From NCBI GenBank assembly GCA_944390945.1, contig CALXRV010000060.1, positions 39,557-103,556 on the forward strand: 64,000 nucleotides of DNA. Reading direction: 5' to 3'. This DNA is from an uncultured Clostridia bacterium. GTDB taxonomy: Bacteria; Bacillota; Dehalobacteriia; UBA4068. Below the pieces are notes generated by a model that ran no database searches, had not been told where the DNA came from, and saw only the letters and a list, made by a program, of their open reading frames with translations. The position numbers and the translations under genes were made by a program. Below, one piece after another: positions 37,396-47,953 of this stretch (position 1 is the first letter of the stretch; each line of letters begins with the position of its first letter).

Positions 37396-37947
37396 TCAAT
37401 CCAGATTGGCTTGATAGCGCATTTTTTCGTTGCCATCCAGATCCTTCCAGAGAAAAAGGCCGTTCTCCAGCGTCATATAGCCATGCCAGCTGTTGTTTTT
37501 CGGAATGGAAACAGATCCGGGATTGAGATAGAGGATGCCTTCTGTTTCCTCGCAGGCCGGCACATGCGTATGGCCATGCAGCAGAATATCACCGCGGTGC
37601 AGCGGCGGCAGGCTGCCGGTATGATAGCGATGGCCATGGGTGGCGAAGATCAGGTGCTTGCCCATGCTGATCAGGCAATATTCTGCCTGAATCGGAAAAT
37701 TTAGCAGGGATTGATCCACTTCTGCTTCGCAGTTGCCGCGCACACAGAGGATATCGCTGCTGATTTCGTTCAGCAACTCAGCCATGCTCGGCGGGCCGTA
37801 TTCTTCCGGCAGGGCATTGCGCGGTCCATGATAGAGCAGGTCTCCGAGCAGCAACAGGCGATCTGCCTGCTCGCGGCGGTAAGCAGCGATCAGCTGCGCA
37901 CCATATCGTGTTGAACCATGCAGGTCGGAAGCGATCATATATTTCAT
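37396..37947 (-). CDS. YfcE/MJ0936-family metallophosphoesterase
   Basis: MKYMIASDLHGS, LLGDLLYHGPRN, GNCE and HGHTH are the calcineurin-like phosphoesterase motifs. Start at ATG 37947 after AAAGGA. Confidence 0.85.
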   Translation of the reverse strand: MKYMIASDLHGSTRYGAQLIAAYRREQADRLLLLGDLLYHGPRNALPEEYGPPSMAELLNEISSDILCVRGNCEAEVDQSLLNFPIQAEYCLISMGKHLIFATHGHRYHTGSLPPLHRGDILLHGHTHVPACEETEGILYLNPGSVSIPKNNSWHGYMTLENGLFLWKDLDGNEKMRYQANLD

Positions 37948-38133
37948 TCCGATCATCCTTTCTTCAAGCGTTCATCTTTTGTGTTGATGCGGTGGTATTG
38001 TTTCGGTTTGCTGTTTCGATTGTACCGCGAAACGGGCGTTATGGCAAGTCTGGCTGCAGTTTGTTTTGCTATGCCGCTATGCCGATACGTCCGGCCTGGG
38101 CGTTTGACTTGACCGGGGAGGCAATGCGGTGTA

Positions 38134-38613
38134 TTGTTTGCTATCGGGAATATGGAGGTGATGATTTTGCGGCGGGGAAAAGGATGGATGCTGGCTCTGG
38201 CCTGCATGCTGGTGGTCCTGGCAGGCATGACCGTCTGGCAGCGCAGCGAGCGCAGCTTTGCCTCTCTTACCGGTCTGCAGCCGGATGACGGGTTCCAGGG
38301 CTGTCAGCTGTCGATCAACTCCGAAGGCTTTCAGCGTGATGATATCGGTGAACTGGTCGCTTTTTTTGCTCAATATCGTTATCAGTGGATGAGCTCTGCT
38401 CAGTTTGATTTTGTCGCCCGTTATCCGGAAGGGCTGCGGACATATTCGATCACCATTCATCCCCAGGGGCGGGATTTGGTCTTCCTTCTCCCGATGGAGG
38501 ATGAGATCGTGATCGGCGATACGCTCTACCGTGTAGTAAACGGGCCGCTGGATTTGGATTTCCTGCATGCATATTATGCAAGGGCTGTAGCGGAAAAAGG
38601 AAATAAAACGTAA
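38134..38613 (+). CDS. hypothetical membrane-anchored protein
   Basis: Single N-terminal TM helix (WMLALACMLVVLAGM). No recognised domain. Start uncertain (38134, 38152 or 38161). Confidence 0.4.
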   Translation: MFAIGNMEVMILRRGKGWMLALACMLVVLAGMTVWQRSERSFASLTGLQPDDGFQGCQLSINSEGFQRDDIGELVAFFAQYRYQWMSSAQFDFVARYPEGLRTYSITIHPQGRDLVFLLPMEDEIVIGDTLYRVVNGPLDLDFLHAYYARAVAEKGNKT

Positions 38614-38701
38614 GCGGGTAGCCCCGGAGTGAGAAAACCGGCTGAGAAGAAGATGCCGGGATAATCTCTGGGCGAGCATGGCCTGGTCAAGACAGATATC
38701 G

Positions 38702-38732
38702 CGGGCGGGGAAATGATTCCCCGCCCGTTGAC
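38702..38732 (+). terminator. probable terminator
   Basis: 9-bp GC stem CGGGCGGGG / CCCCGCCCG with a weak T tract. Confidence 0.4.
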
Positions 38733-38938
38733 GTATTCTAGCGATAAGAACGAAAAATATTTTTGATTGTCGGCGAGAAATGGGAAAAGCAGGCAGGAAA
38801 TCTGCATTAAATTTGGAATTATTTATAAACATGGCCTGGTGCCTGATCTGTTCGGTCTGTATTTCAACTGCATCAGGAGCTTTTTCCGGCCTGGCGGCAG
38901 AACGCCGTGCCGTGTAAAATGAAAAGGAGGACGATAGT

Positions 38939-39616
38939 ATGCTTGTGAAGGAACACATGAACAAATTCCCAATCTGCATCGGCAAACATGAGAGCATCGA
39001 CGCCGCCGCCAAGGTGATGCATGACAACAATATCCGCCATATGCCTGTGCTGGATGATGGGAAGCTGGTCGGCCTGCTGTCCAATACGGATATCATGCGC
39101 GCCATGCCCTCCAAAGTGACTACGCTGGAAAAACGCGAAGCTACTTACCTCTTTAGCATGGTGAAGGTGAAAGATGCCCTGCCGGATCATCAGGACGTGA
39201 TCACGATCAATGATGATGCTTGCATTGAGGAAGCAGCGTTGTTGATGCGTTCCTATAAGATCGGTTGCCTGCCGGTATTGAATAATGGGAAGCTGGTGGG
39301 CATCATCACGGAATCAGATATTTTTGATCTCTTCTTGGATCTGCTTGGTGTGCGCAATTCCGGCAGCCGGCTCAGCGTTCGCATCAGCGACGAGCCGGGT
39401 GAGGTGGCAAAGGTGGCCGAGGTCATCCGCAGCTTTGGCGCGAATATCACCAAGCTGGCCATGTTCCCGATTGCAGGCCCGCCGAAATGCTATGATCTGA
39501 TTATCCGTACCGATGCGCGTGAGATTCAGCCAATCGCAGAAGCGCTGCGCGTCAACGGCTTTTCGGTGGATTCTTCGGCAGAATACAGCCAGGTGTTCAG
39601 CCATATTCATGGATAA
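38939..39616 (+). CDS. CBS-pair plus ACT domain protein (AcuB-like)
   Basis: Two CBS motifs (IRHMPVLDDGKLVGLLS and IGCLPVLNNGKLVGIITESDIF) and a C-terminal ACT-like segment (RLSVRISDEPGEVAKVAEVIRSFGANI). RBS AAAGGAGG. Confidence 0.8.
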   Translation: MLVKEHMNKFPICIGKHESIDAAAKVMHDNNIRHMPVLDDGKLVGLLSNTDIMRAMPSKVTTLEKREATYLFSMVKVKDALPDHQDVITINDDACIEEAALLMRSYKIGCLPVLNNGKLVGIITESDIFDLFLDLLGVRNSGSRLSVRISDEPGEVAKVAEVIRSFGANITKLAMFPIAGPPKCYDLIIRTDAREIQPIAEALRVNGFSVDSSAEYSQVFSHIHG

Positions 39617-39646
39617 GCAGTTTAGCCTCAGCAAAATATCCCCTGT

Positions 39647-39675
39647 ACGGCCGCCGGTCTCCGGCGGCCGTTTTG
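39647..39675 (+). terminator. rho-independent terminator
   Basis: ACGGCCGCCGG / CCGGCGGCCGT 11-bp stem with a 3-nt loop, followed by TTTT. Confidence 0.75.
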
Positions 39676-39823
39676 CGGCAGGCATTTCACAGCCGGCATC
39701 TGCATGGCATGACGATAGCCGAGAGTTTTCGCCAGGAATTCACAGAAAAAACATTTGCCTTTTTTTATATAATATGGTATAAACATGATAAACTAGGGGG
39801 TGGATGAATACGGAGGTGAAAGG

Positions 39824-40936
39824 ATGCGTGCGGAGCAGTTGCCTTACCTGATGGCGTTTGCCAGCATGAACAGGCTGCGGACAGCTGATGCTCTGGCGAT
39901 CCTTGCACGATTCGGCGGCGATGCGATCTCTGCCTGGCAGGCTGTGCAGGAATGGCCACATATTGTGAAGCTTTCTCGCCAGGCGGAGGAGGATCTGCTC
40001 GCTGCCTGGCATCAAATTGTGCCGGAAAAGCTCTATACCCGCTTTCTCGCTGCAGGCTGTGGCGCCGTCTGCCTGGATGATGCGGACTATCCGCCGCGTT
40101 TGCGCCAGATCTATGACCCACCGCTGCTTTTGTTCTACCGCGGGAAATTGCCTGATGCCAGAAAGATTGGCCTGGCGATGGTCGGCTCCCGCCGGGCCAG
40201 CCATTATGGGATGCAGGTCGCGGAACTGCTGGCGCGCGATCTGGCGGCGCAGGGTGCAGTGATCATCAGCGGAATGGCGCGCGGCATTGACAGTGTTTGC
40301 CACCGCAGCGCGCTTGCCGCCGGTGGCGAAACGGTCGCCGTGCTTGGCAGCGGGCTGGATATTATCTATCCGCCTGAAAACGCGAAGCTGTACGGCGAGA
40401 TCTGCGAGCATGGCGCTGTAATTAGTGAATTTCCCCTGGATATGCCGGCAATGTCGCTCAATTTCCCCCGCCGCAACCGCCTGATCAGCGGACTTTCCCA
40501 TGGCGTGATCGTCGTGGAGGCCGGCGAGCAAAGCGGCACTTTGCATACGGTGGGTTTTGCGCTGGAACAGGGCAGGGATGTTTTTGCTGTACCAGGGCCG
40601 TTGACCAGTTCGACCAGCCGTGGTGCCAATCGCTTGCTGGCGGAAGGGGCGAAGATTGTGCTCTCGGCGGAAAGCGTTTGGCGGGAGTATAGCGACGCAC
40701 CGTTGCGCAAGCCGCGACAGCGGCAGAAGGGAACGGTCAGCGGCAGCTTTTCGGCAGAAGAAAGAAAGCTGTTGGCACAGCTGCGAGAGCCAAGACAATT
40801 CGAAGAGCTGGCAGCCATGCCCGACCTGGGTATGGACGCCGCCGCGCTCAACGCCAGGCTGACCATGCTGGAATTGCGCGGCGCTATCCGGCAACTGCCG
40901 GGAAAATATTTTCAGGCCGTGGCCAAACATCTTTAG
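39824..40936 (+). CDS. dprA: DNA-processing protein DprA (Smf)
   Basis: Rossmann-like DprA core: AMVGSRRAS.YG, SGMARGIDS..H, VLGSGLD.IYP.EN, and FPRRNRLISGLS. Start at ATG 39824 (after GGAGGTG) or 39800. Confidence 0.88.
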   Translation: MRAEQLPYLMAFASMNRLRTADALAILARFGGDAISAWQAVQEWPHIVKLSRQAEEDLLAAWHQIVPEKLYTRFLAAGCGAVCLDDADYPPRLRQIYDPPLLLFYRGKLPDARKIGLAMVGSRRASHYGMQVAELLARDLAAQGAVIISGMARGIDSVCHRSALAAGGETVAVLGSGLDIIYPPENAKLYGEICEHGAVISEFPLDMPAMSLNFPRRNRLISGLSHGVIVVEAGEQSGTLHTVGFALEQGRDVFAVPGPLTSSTSRGANRLLAEGAKIVLSAESVWREYSDAPLRKPRQRQKGTVSGSFSAEERKLLAQLREPRQFEELAAMPDLGMDAAALNARLTMLELRGAIRQLPGKYFQAVAKHL

Positions 40937-40978
40937 CGGCTGCGGGATAAATGCATACTGAGCTGGAGGAAATAACCG

Positions 40979-43324
40979 ATGAGAACGCTGATCATCGTGG
41001 AATCCCCGACCAAGGCAAAGACCATCGAGCGCTTCCTGGGGCGTAATTATGTGGTGCGTGCCTGTATGGGGCATATTCGCGATCTGCCCAAGAGCACGAT
41101 GGGCATAGATTTTGAACATGGTTATGCGCCGCATTATATCACGATCCGTGGCAAGGGCGATATCATTAAGGGTTTGCGGGATGAGGCAAAAAAGTCAGAC
41201 CGCGTTCTGCTTGGTTCAGACCCGGACCGTGAAGGTGAGGCGATCGCCTGGCATTTGCAGCAGCATCTTGGTCTGCCGGATGATGACTGCCGCATCAGCT
41301 TTAATGAGATTACGGACAGTGCGGTTAAAAAGGCCGTTGCTTCGCCGACGAAGATCGATATCAACCGCGTGGAGGCGCAGCAGGCAAGGCGTATCCTTGA
41401 CCGTCTGGTCGGCTATAAGATCAGCCCACTGTTGTGGAAAAAGGTGAAAAAGGGCCTTTCTGCCGGCCGTGTGCAGTCGGTGGCCGTACGTCTGATCTGT
41501 GACCGGGAAGAGGAGATTCGCAGCTTTGTCCCGGAAGAGTACTGGAATCTTTATGCGCGATTGCAGGCTGGCGAGCGCGAAATGACGGCTAAGCTGATCC
41601 GGATCGACGGCAAAAAAGCGCATTTGCCGGACCAGGAAAGCACTGACGCACTAATCACCAGGCTGCGGCAGGCGACTTATCTGGTGGATACGGTGACGAA
41701 GAAGGAAAAGCGCAGCAGTGCGCCGCCGCCGTTTACCACGTCGATGATGCAGCAGGAGGCTTCGCGCCGGCTGAGCATGGTTGCGAAAAAGACGATGCAG
41801 ACGGCGCAACAGCTTTATGAAGGGATTGAGATTGGTGGCACTGTGACCGGTCTGATCTCCTATATGCGTACGGATTCTGTACGGATCAATGAGGAAGCAC
41901 AAGCCAAAGCGCGTGAATTCATCCGCGAAAAATATGGAGCCGCTTTTGTGCCGGCGAAACCGAACCAGTTCAGCGCAGGCAAGGGCAAGGCAACCGTACA
42001 GGATGCGCATGAAGCGATCCGTCCCACTTCGGTAGAGCGTACGCCGGCTATGCTTAAGCCTTATCTTTCCGCGCAGCAGTATAAGCTGTATAAGCTGATC
42101 TGGGAACGCTTTGTCGCCAGCCAGATGGCGGCGGCGCTGTATGATGTGACCACGATCGATGTTGCTGCGGACAACTGCCTGTTCCGCGCCAGCGGCCAGA
42201 TCCTGCGCTTTGCGGGCTATCTGCAGGTCTATAATGAAGGCAAGGAAGAACAGGGCGGCGAAAAGGATGAACTGATCGCCATTGCTCCGGTGGATGAGGG
42301 CGAAAAGCTCCCCCTGCGCGAGCTGGCGCCAAAACAGAATTTTACCCAGCCGCCGGGACGCTATACAGAGGCCACGCTGATCAAAACGCTGGAAGAGCTG
42401 GGGATCGGCCGTCCATCCACCTATGCGCCGATTATCGATACCATCCTTAGTCGCTATTATGTTGTGCGGGAAGAGAAGCTACTCTACCCGACAGAGCTGG
42501 GCACTTTGGTCGTCGATCTGATGAAGGAGTATTTCCCGGAAGTAATCGACGTTGAATTCACCGCTTCGATGGAAGATAAACTGGACGCGATCGAGGACGG
42601 CGATATGCCGTGGCAGCAGGTGGTAGATGATTTTTACCAGCCTTTTTCCGAGATGCTTGCGCATGCTGAGCAGGAAATTGAAAAAGTTGTGATCAAGCCG
42701 GAGGAATCCGGCGAGATCTGTGAAAAATGCGGCAGGCCGATGGTCTACCGCCTGGGGCGCTATGGCCGCTTCCTGGCCTGTTCTGGTTTTCCGGAATGCC
42801 GCAATACCAAGGCGATCGTGGTCAATACGAATGTTAAATGCCTGGCTTGTGGCGGCAATATCGTGCAGCGTAAGAGCAGGACTGGCCGGATCTTTTATGG
42901 TTGTGATCATTATCCGGATTGTAAATATATCTCCTGGGATCCGCCGATCGAAGAACGGTGCCCAGTTTGCGGTACGCAGCTGGCGGAGCGCCAGGTACGG
43001 GGTGGCGGCAAGATGAAGATCTGCCCCAACCAGGAGTGCCCAAGCCGCGGCCAGGAGAGAAAAGGCCGGAGCGCTACGGGAAAGCGGAGCCCGGCTGCGA
43101 CTGCAGCAGGCACGGCAAAAACCGATGCAGCCAAGACATCCCGCAAGAGCAGCACCACCGCTGGCAAGAGCGGCGGCGCCACGAAGAAAAAGACTGACAC
43201 TGCAGCAAAGAATCGTGCAAAAGGTGGCGCGCAGGCCGGGAAAAAGGCAGCGGATGGCAAGGCTTCCAGCACAACGCGGAAAAAACCTGCGGCCAGAAAA
43301 GCAGAAACCGCTGCAGATGAATAA
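40979..43324 (+). CDS. topA: type IA DNA topoisomerase I
   Basis: TOPRIM domain (LIIVESPTKAKTI, DPDREGEAI) and active-site region SYMRTDS. Three C4 zinc ribbons and a Lys/Ala-rich C-terminal tail. Confidence 0.96.
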   Translation: MRTLIIVESPTKAKTIERFLGRNYVVRACMGHIRDLPKSTMGIDFEHGYAPHYITIRGKGDIIKGLRDEAKKSDRVLLGSDPDREGEAIAWHLQQHLGLPDDDCRISFNEITDSAVKKAVASPTKIDINRVEAQQARRILDRLVGYKISPLLWKKVKKGLSAGRVQSVAVRLICDREEEIRSFVPEEYWNLYARLQAGEREMTAKLIRIDGKKAHLPDQESTDALITRLRQATYLVDTVTKKEKRSSAPPPFTTSMMQQEASRRLSMVAKKTMQTAQQLYEGIEIGGTVTGLISYMRTDSVRINEEAQAKAREFIREKYGAAFVPAKPNQFSAGKGKATVQDAHEAIRPTSVERTPAMLKPYLSAQQYKLYKLIWERFVASQMAAALYDVTTIDVAADNCLFRASGQILRFAGYLQVYNEGKEEQGGEKDELIAIAPVDEGEKLPLRELAPKQNFTQPPGRYTEATLIKTLEELGIGRPSTYAPIIDTILSRYYVVREEKLLYPTELGTLVVDLMKEYFPEVIDVEFTASMEDKLDAIEDGDMPWQQVVDDFYQPFSEMLAHAEQEIEKVVIKPEESGEICEKCGRPMVYRLGRYGRFLACSGFPECRNTKAIVVNTNVKCLACGGNIVQRKSRTGRIFYGCDHYPDCKYISWDPPIEERCPVCGTQLAERQVRGGGKMKICPNQECPSRGQERKGRSATGKRSPAATAAGTAKTDAAKTSRKSSTTAGKSGGATKKKTDTAAKNRAKGGAQAGKKAADGKASSTTRKKPAARKAETAADE

Positions 43325-43351
43325 GACAGAGAAAGGCAGGGCGCTATACCG

Positions 43352-44674
43352 TTGGCAGACGAAAGCAGGAGGATACCCGAGATCACAATTATTGGCGCAG
43401 GACTGGCTGGCAGCGAGGCCGCATATCAGCTGCTGCGTCGCGGCATCGCCGTTCGTCTGCTGGAGATGCGGCCGGCAACGCTTACACCGGCGCATACTGG
43501 CGGTGGCTTTGCCGAACTGGTATGCTCCAATTCGCTACGTTCAGATCAGCTGGAAAATGCAGTTGGTTTGCTGAAAGAGGAGATGCGGCGGCTGGATAGT
43601 CTGATTCTGGCGGCGGCAGATGCGACGCGCGTACCGGCCGGCAGTGCGTTGGCCGTGGATAGGCATGCTTTTTCTGCTTGGGTGGAACGTCGTCTGCGTG
43701 CATTTCCCGCATTGACAGTGGAGCGGCGAGAGGTGGACGAGCTGCCTTCCGGCCCTCTGCTGATCGCAGCCGGGCCGCTTGCCTCTCCGGCGCTCAGCGC
43801 GCGCATCGCAAGCCTGACCGGTACGACGCAGCTGTATTTTCATGATGCGATCGCGCCGATCGTCGATGCGGCGAGCATAGATATGGATATCGCCTTTTTC
43901 GCCTCGCGCTATGGCCGGGGCGATGCCGGGGATTACCTTAACTGCCCGTTCAACGCTGAACAGTATCAGACGTTTTACCAGGCATTGGTAACAGCGGAGC
44001 TGTATCCGCTGCATGATTTTGAAACAGAGAAGCATTTCAGCGGCTGTATGCCGCTGGAGACGATGGCGCGTTTTGGTGAAGATGCGATTCGCTTCGGCCC
44101 GCTGAAACCGGTCGGCCTGCCGCTGCCCAATGGCGGCGAGGCATATGCTGTTGTGCAGTTGCGGCGGGAAAATGCGGCTGGCAGCATGTATAATCTCGTT
44201 GGGTTTCAGACACGCCTGCGCCGTGGGGAACAGGAGCGCGTGTTCCGGATGATCCCCGGTCTGCAAAAGGCAGAATTTCTACGTTATGGTGCGATGCACC
44301 GCAATACTTATCTTCATGCACCGCGGCTGCTTGATGGTGCGCTGCGGTTGAAAACAGAGCCGCGCATCCGCTTTGCCGGCCAGATTACCGGCGTGGAGGG
44401 TTATGTGGAAAGCGCTGCTTCCGGCCTGATGGCTGGAATCTTTGCCGCCAGTGAACTGCGCGGCAAGCCGTTGCCGGTATTCCCGCGTGAAACCGCGCTG
44501 GGCAGCTTGCTTGCCTTTACGCAGACGGAAAAGGCGGATTATCAACCGATGAATGTCAATTTCGGCCTGATGCCTGCAACGGGGCAGCGTTTCCGGAGCA
44601 AAAAGGAAAAATACGCTGCATTGGCGGCGCGCGCATTGGCGGCAATCGACAGGTTTAGGGGGGAAACAGAGTGA
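43352..44674 (+). CDS. trmFO: methylenetetrahydrofolate--tRNA-(uracil54-C5)-methyltransferase
   Basis: IIGAGLAGSEAAYQL FAD fold, CSNSLR, and TRLRRGEQERVFRMIPGL. Start ambiguous: TTG 43352 was used, and a strong AGGAGG at 43367 has only ATC/ATT in frame at proper spacing. Confidence 0.88.
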   Translation: MADESRRIPEITIIGAGLAGSEAAYQLLRRGIAVRLLEMRPATLTPAHTGGGFAELVCSNSLRSDQLENAVGLLKEEMRRLDSLILAAADATRVPAGSALAVDRHAFSAWVERRLRAFPALTVERREVDELPSGPLLIAAGPLASPALSARIASLTGTTQLYFHDAIAPIVDAASIDMDIAFFASRYGRGDAGDYLNCPFNAEQYQTFYQALVTAELYPLHDFETEKHFSGCMPLETMARFGEDAIRFGPLKPVGLPLPNGGEAYAVVQLRRENAAGSMYNLVGFQTRLRRGEQERVFRMIPGLQKAEFLRYGAMHRNTYLHAPRLLDGALRLKTEPRIRFAGQITGVEGYVESAASGLMAGIFAASELRGKPLPVFPRETALGSLLAFTQTEKADYQPMNVNFGLMPATGQRFRSKKEKYAALAARALAAIDRFRGETE

Positions 44675-46404
44675 AGACCAGCGTTCTGCTGCGGCGTTTT
44701 CTGCCGTATTTCAAAAAATATAAATGGTGGGTAGCGCTTGATCTGTTTTGTGCCAGCCTGACTACGCTTTGTGAATTGGCCTTGCCTAAGATCGTCAGCT
44801 TTATCACGGATACAGGGGCAAGCAACCTTTCCGCGCTGACCACAGAAGTCATCCTGCGCTGCGGGTTTCTCTACCTGCTGTTACGCATCATCGACAGTGC
44901 GGCGGCATACTATATGACAGCGGTCGGCCATATTCTGGGCGCAAAAATCGAGACAGATATGCGGCATGTGCTCTTCGGCCATCTGCAGCAGCTCAGCTTT
45001 TCTTATTATAGCAGTACGAAAGTTGGGCAGATCATGGCGCGAATCACCGGCGATCTTTTTGAGATCACGGAATTTGCGCATCATTGCCCGGAAGAATTCC
45101 TGATCGCCGCGATCAAGGCCGTCGTTTCTTTTATCATCATCGCCAATATGGATCTTTCGATGGCGGTGATCTTGTTTGCTGCCTTGCCGCTGATGCTGGT
45201 CATTGTCAATTATTTCAATAAAAGGATGCGCCGCGCCTGGCGCGAACTGCGCGTGCAGGTGGGCGAGATCAATGCACGGGTGGAGGATAGCCTGCTTGGC
45301 ATTCGCGTGGTGAAATCCTTTGCCAATGAACCGCTGGAAGAAGAAAAATTTGATGTTGGTAACGAACGTTATCTGCTGTTGAAAAAACGGATCTACCGTG
45401 CGATGGCAGGCATGAACACGACGACGCGCACATTTGACGGTGTGATGTATATTGTCGTGGTCGTGTTGGGCGCATTCTATATGGTCGCCGGACGGATCAC
45501 GCCGGGGGATTTGGTCGCGGCCCTGCTCTATGTTTCAATGCTATTGACCACAATCCGGCGGATTGTGGAATTCGCCGAGCAGTTCCAGCGCGGGACTACC
45601 GGTATCGAACGCTTTTTGGAGCTGATGGATGCGCCGGCAGAGATCGTGGATGCGCCGGATGCAAAAGAGCTGAAGGACGTGCAGGGCGATATTCGTTTCG
45701 AGCATGTCAGCTTTTCCTATCCGGACGAGCCGGATATGCCGGTGTTGCAGGATATTAATTTGCATGTTCGGCCAGGGGATAATGTGGCGTTGGTCGGCCC
45801 TTCCGGCGCAGGAAAAACGACGCTGTGTAATCTGATCCCCCGTTTTTATGAAGCGACGGCTGGCCGTGTGCTCGTTGACGGGCAGGATGTGCGGGAGTTG
45901 ACGCAGAAATCGCTGCGCGCCAATATCGGTATGGTACAGCAGGATGTTTATCTTTTTGCCGGCACGGTAGCGGAGAATATCGGTTATGGCAAGCCGGGGT
46001 CCTCGCGCGAGGAGGTTATCGCCGCAGCAAAGCGGGCGAATGCGCATGAGTTCATCATGGCTTTGCCGGAAGGGTACGATACCTATATTGGTGAACGCGG
46101 CGTGCGTCTTTCCGGTGGACAGAAACAGCGGCTTTCGATCGCACGCGCTTTTCTGAAGGATCCGCCGATCATGATTCTAGACGAGGCGACCAGCGCGCTG
46201 GACAATGAATCGGAGCGCGTGATTCAGGATTCGCTGGAACGGCTTGCACACGGACGCACCACGTTCACGATCGCGCATCGGCTGAGTACGATCCGCCATG
46301 CGACGGTGATCTGGGTGTTGACTGAACAAGGTATCGCCGAGCAGGGGACGCATGAGGAGCTGTTGGCACGGGGCGGCGTTTATGCCCAGCTTTACCGCGC
46401 CTGA
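44671..46404 (+). CDS. ABC exporter, fused permease/ATPase (MsbA/LmrA type)
   Basis: Six-TM ABC_membrane domain, Walker A GPSGAGKTT, signature LSGGQKQRLSIARA, Walker B ILDEATSALD. GTG start after GGGGGGA. Confidence 0.88.
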   Translation: MKTSVLLRRFLPYFKKYKWWVALDLFCASLTTLCELALPKIVSFITDTGASNLSALTTEVILRCGFLYLLLRIIDSAAAYYMTAVGHILGAKIETDMRHVLFGHLQQLSFSYYSSTKVGQIMARITGDLFEITEFAHHCPEEFLIAAIKAVVSFIIIANMDLSMAVILFAALPLMLVIVNYFNKRMRRAWRELRVQVGEINARVEDSLLGIRVVKSFANEPLEEEKFDVGNERYLLLKKRIYRAMAGMNTTTRTFDGVMYIVVVVLGAFYMVAGRITPGDLVAALLYVSMLLTTIRRIVEFAEQFQRGTTGIERFLELMDAPAEIVDAPDAKELKDVQGDIRFEHVSFSYPDEPDMPVLQDINLHVRPGDNVALVGPSGAGKTTLCNLIPRFYEATAGRVLVDGQDVRELTQKSLRANIGMVQQDVYLFAGTVAENIGYGKPGSSREEVIAAAKRANAHEFIMALPEGYDTYIGERGVRLSGGQKQRLSIARAFLKDPPIMILDEATSALDNESERVIQDSLERLAHGRTTFTIAHRLSTIRHATVIWVLTEQGIAEQGTHEELLARGGVYAQLYRA

Positions 46405-46413
46405 GGAAATAAG

Positions 46414-47430
46414 ATGGAAGAGCTGCTCGCCAAATTTTTTCGCTATCTGCAGGTGGAGCGCAACGCTTCGCCGCATACGCTGAAAGCCTATCGTCACGAC
46501 CTGCTGGATTTTTTGGGTTTTGTGCGCGACCTGCATGAAAAGGAGAGCATAGACGCATTGCAGCCACAAGAGCTGGATTTGACGGCGATGCGCGCTTATC
46601 TCAGGATGTTGCGTACCTACCGCAAATTGAGCCGCTCCAGCATGCAGCGTTATCTGGCTGCGCTGCGTTCTTTTTGTTCTTTTCTCTTGCGGGATCGGTT
46701 GATTGAGGAAAATCCGGCTAGGCTGCTGCCGCTGCCCAAGCGGGAGAAACCGCTGCCGAAATTTCTTTATTATGATGAGCTGCTCGCCGTCTTGGATACA
46801 CCGGACGATACGACGCTGAAAGGACTGCGCGACAGGGCGATCTTGGAAACGTTTTATGCAACAGGTGTGCGCGCGGCAGAGATGGCCGCATTGAATTGCG
46901 GTGATGTTGATTATGCGCGCGGCTATCTTTCCATCTATGGCAAAGGCGGGAAGCCGCGCATCGACCCGATCGGCAGCCGCGCCCTCACTGCGCTGCGCGC
47001 TTATCTCGCCGCACGGGAGAAAGAAGGGCAGTCTGCTGCAGACGATATGCCGCTATTCTGCAACCTGCGCGGCGGCAGGCTCAGCGTGCGCAGCTACGGC
47101 AATATCCTGGATCAGGCGGTACGGCAGGCAGCGCTGATCAAACACATCAGCCCGCACAGCCTGCGGCATACTTTTGCCACCCATCTGCTGGATAACGGCG
47201 CGGATATTCGCGCTGTGCAGGAGTTGCTTGGACATGAAAACGTATCCACGACGCAGATCTATACGCATGTCAGCAGCAGCCATCTGCAAAAGGTTTACGA
47301 CGCCACCCATCCACGCGCCCGTTTGGCAGGCCAGGGGAAGGAAGGCGATGCGATAGTTCGACTGGAAAAGGAGGATCAGGATGACGGAATTGAGGGGAAC
47401 GACGATCGTCGCTGTACGCCGCAACGGTAA
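46414..47430 (+). CDS. xerC: tyrosine recombinase XerC/CodV
   Basis: N-terminal SAM-like domain ([19 protein letters not shown]), catalytic [12 protein letters not shown] and [16 protein letters not shown] roughly 35-aa tail overlaps hslV by 50 nt. Confidence 0.88.
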   Translation: MEELLAKFFRYLQVERNASPHTLKAYRHDLLDFLGFVRDLHEKESIDALQPQELDLTAMRAYLRMLRTYRKLSRSSMQRYLAALRSFCSFLLRDRLIEENPARLLPLPKREKPLPKFLYYDELLAVLDTPDDTTLKGLRDRAILETFYATGVRAAEMAALNCGDVDYARGYLSIYGKGGKPRIDPIGSRALTALRAYLAAREKEGQSAADDMPLFCNLRGGRLSVRSYGNILDQAVRQAALIKHISPHSLRHTFATHLLDNGADIRAVQELLGHENVSTTQIYTHVSSSHLQKVYDATHPRARLAGQGKEGDAIVRLEKEDQDDGIEGNDDRRCTPQR

Positions 47431-47923
47431 GACGGCGATCGCAGGCGATGGACAGGTGACGATGGGGCAATCCACAGTAATGAAGCATGGTGCACGCAAG
47501 GTGCGGCGCCTGTACCACGATCAGATGGTCGCCGGCTTTGCCGGCAGTGTGGCCGATGCCTTTACGCTGTTTGAAAAATTTGAGGCGCGGCTGGAAAAGT
47601 GCAATGGCAACCTGGAACGGGCAGCCGTGGATCTGGCCAAGGAATGGCGGACAGATAAATACCTGCGTCAGCTGGAGGCCTTGCTGATCGTGGCTTCTCA
47701 GGATAAGCTGCTTGTGCTCTCCGGCAATGGCGAGGTGGTGGAGCCGGATGATGATATTGCGGCGATCGGCAGCGGCGGCAATTATGCCCTGGCTGCGGCG
47801 CGCGCTTTCGTGCAGTGTGATGATTCGCTCAGCGCGGCGGAGATTGCGGAACGCGCGCTGCATATTGCAGCAGATATCTGCGTTTATACCAATCATCATA
47901 TCACCGTTCTGGAGCTGGATTGA
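47381..47923 (+). CDS. hslV: ATP-dependent protease subunit HslV (ClpQ)
   Basis: [22 protein letters not shown]-terminal nucleophile region; [23 protein letters not shown]. Confidence 0.95.
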   Translation: MTELRGTTIVAVRRNGKTAIAGDGQVTMGQSTVMKHGARKVRRLYHDQMVAGFAGSVADAFTLFEKFEARLEKCNGNLERAAVDLAKEWRTDKYLRQLEALLIVASQDKLLVLSGNGEVVEPDDDIAAIGSGGNYALAAARAFVQCDDSLSAAEIAERALHIAADICVYTNHHITVLELD

Positions 47924-47953
47924 GGAAAAGAGCTGGATTGGGGAGGCAAAAAG

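Noticed and set aside
38677-38840. 11-bp direct repeat CATGGCCTGGT (38677 and 38830) and a possible riboswitch upstream of the CBS/ACT gene
   Set aside because: There are only two short copies and no recognisable riboswitch core. A chance match cannot be excluded and no conserved structure could be folded by eye.
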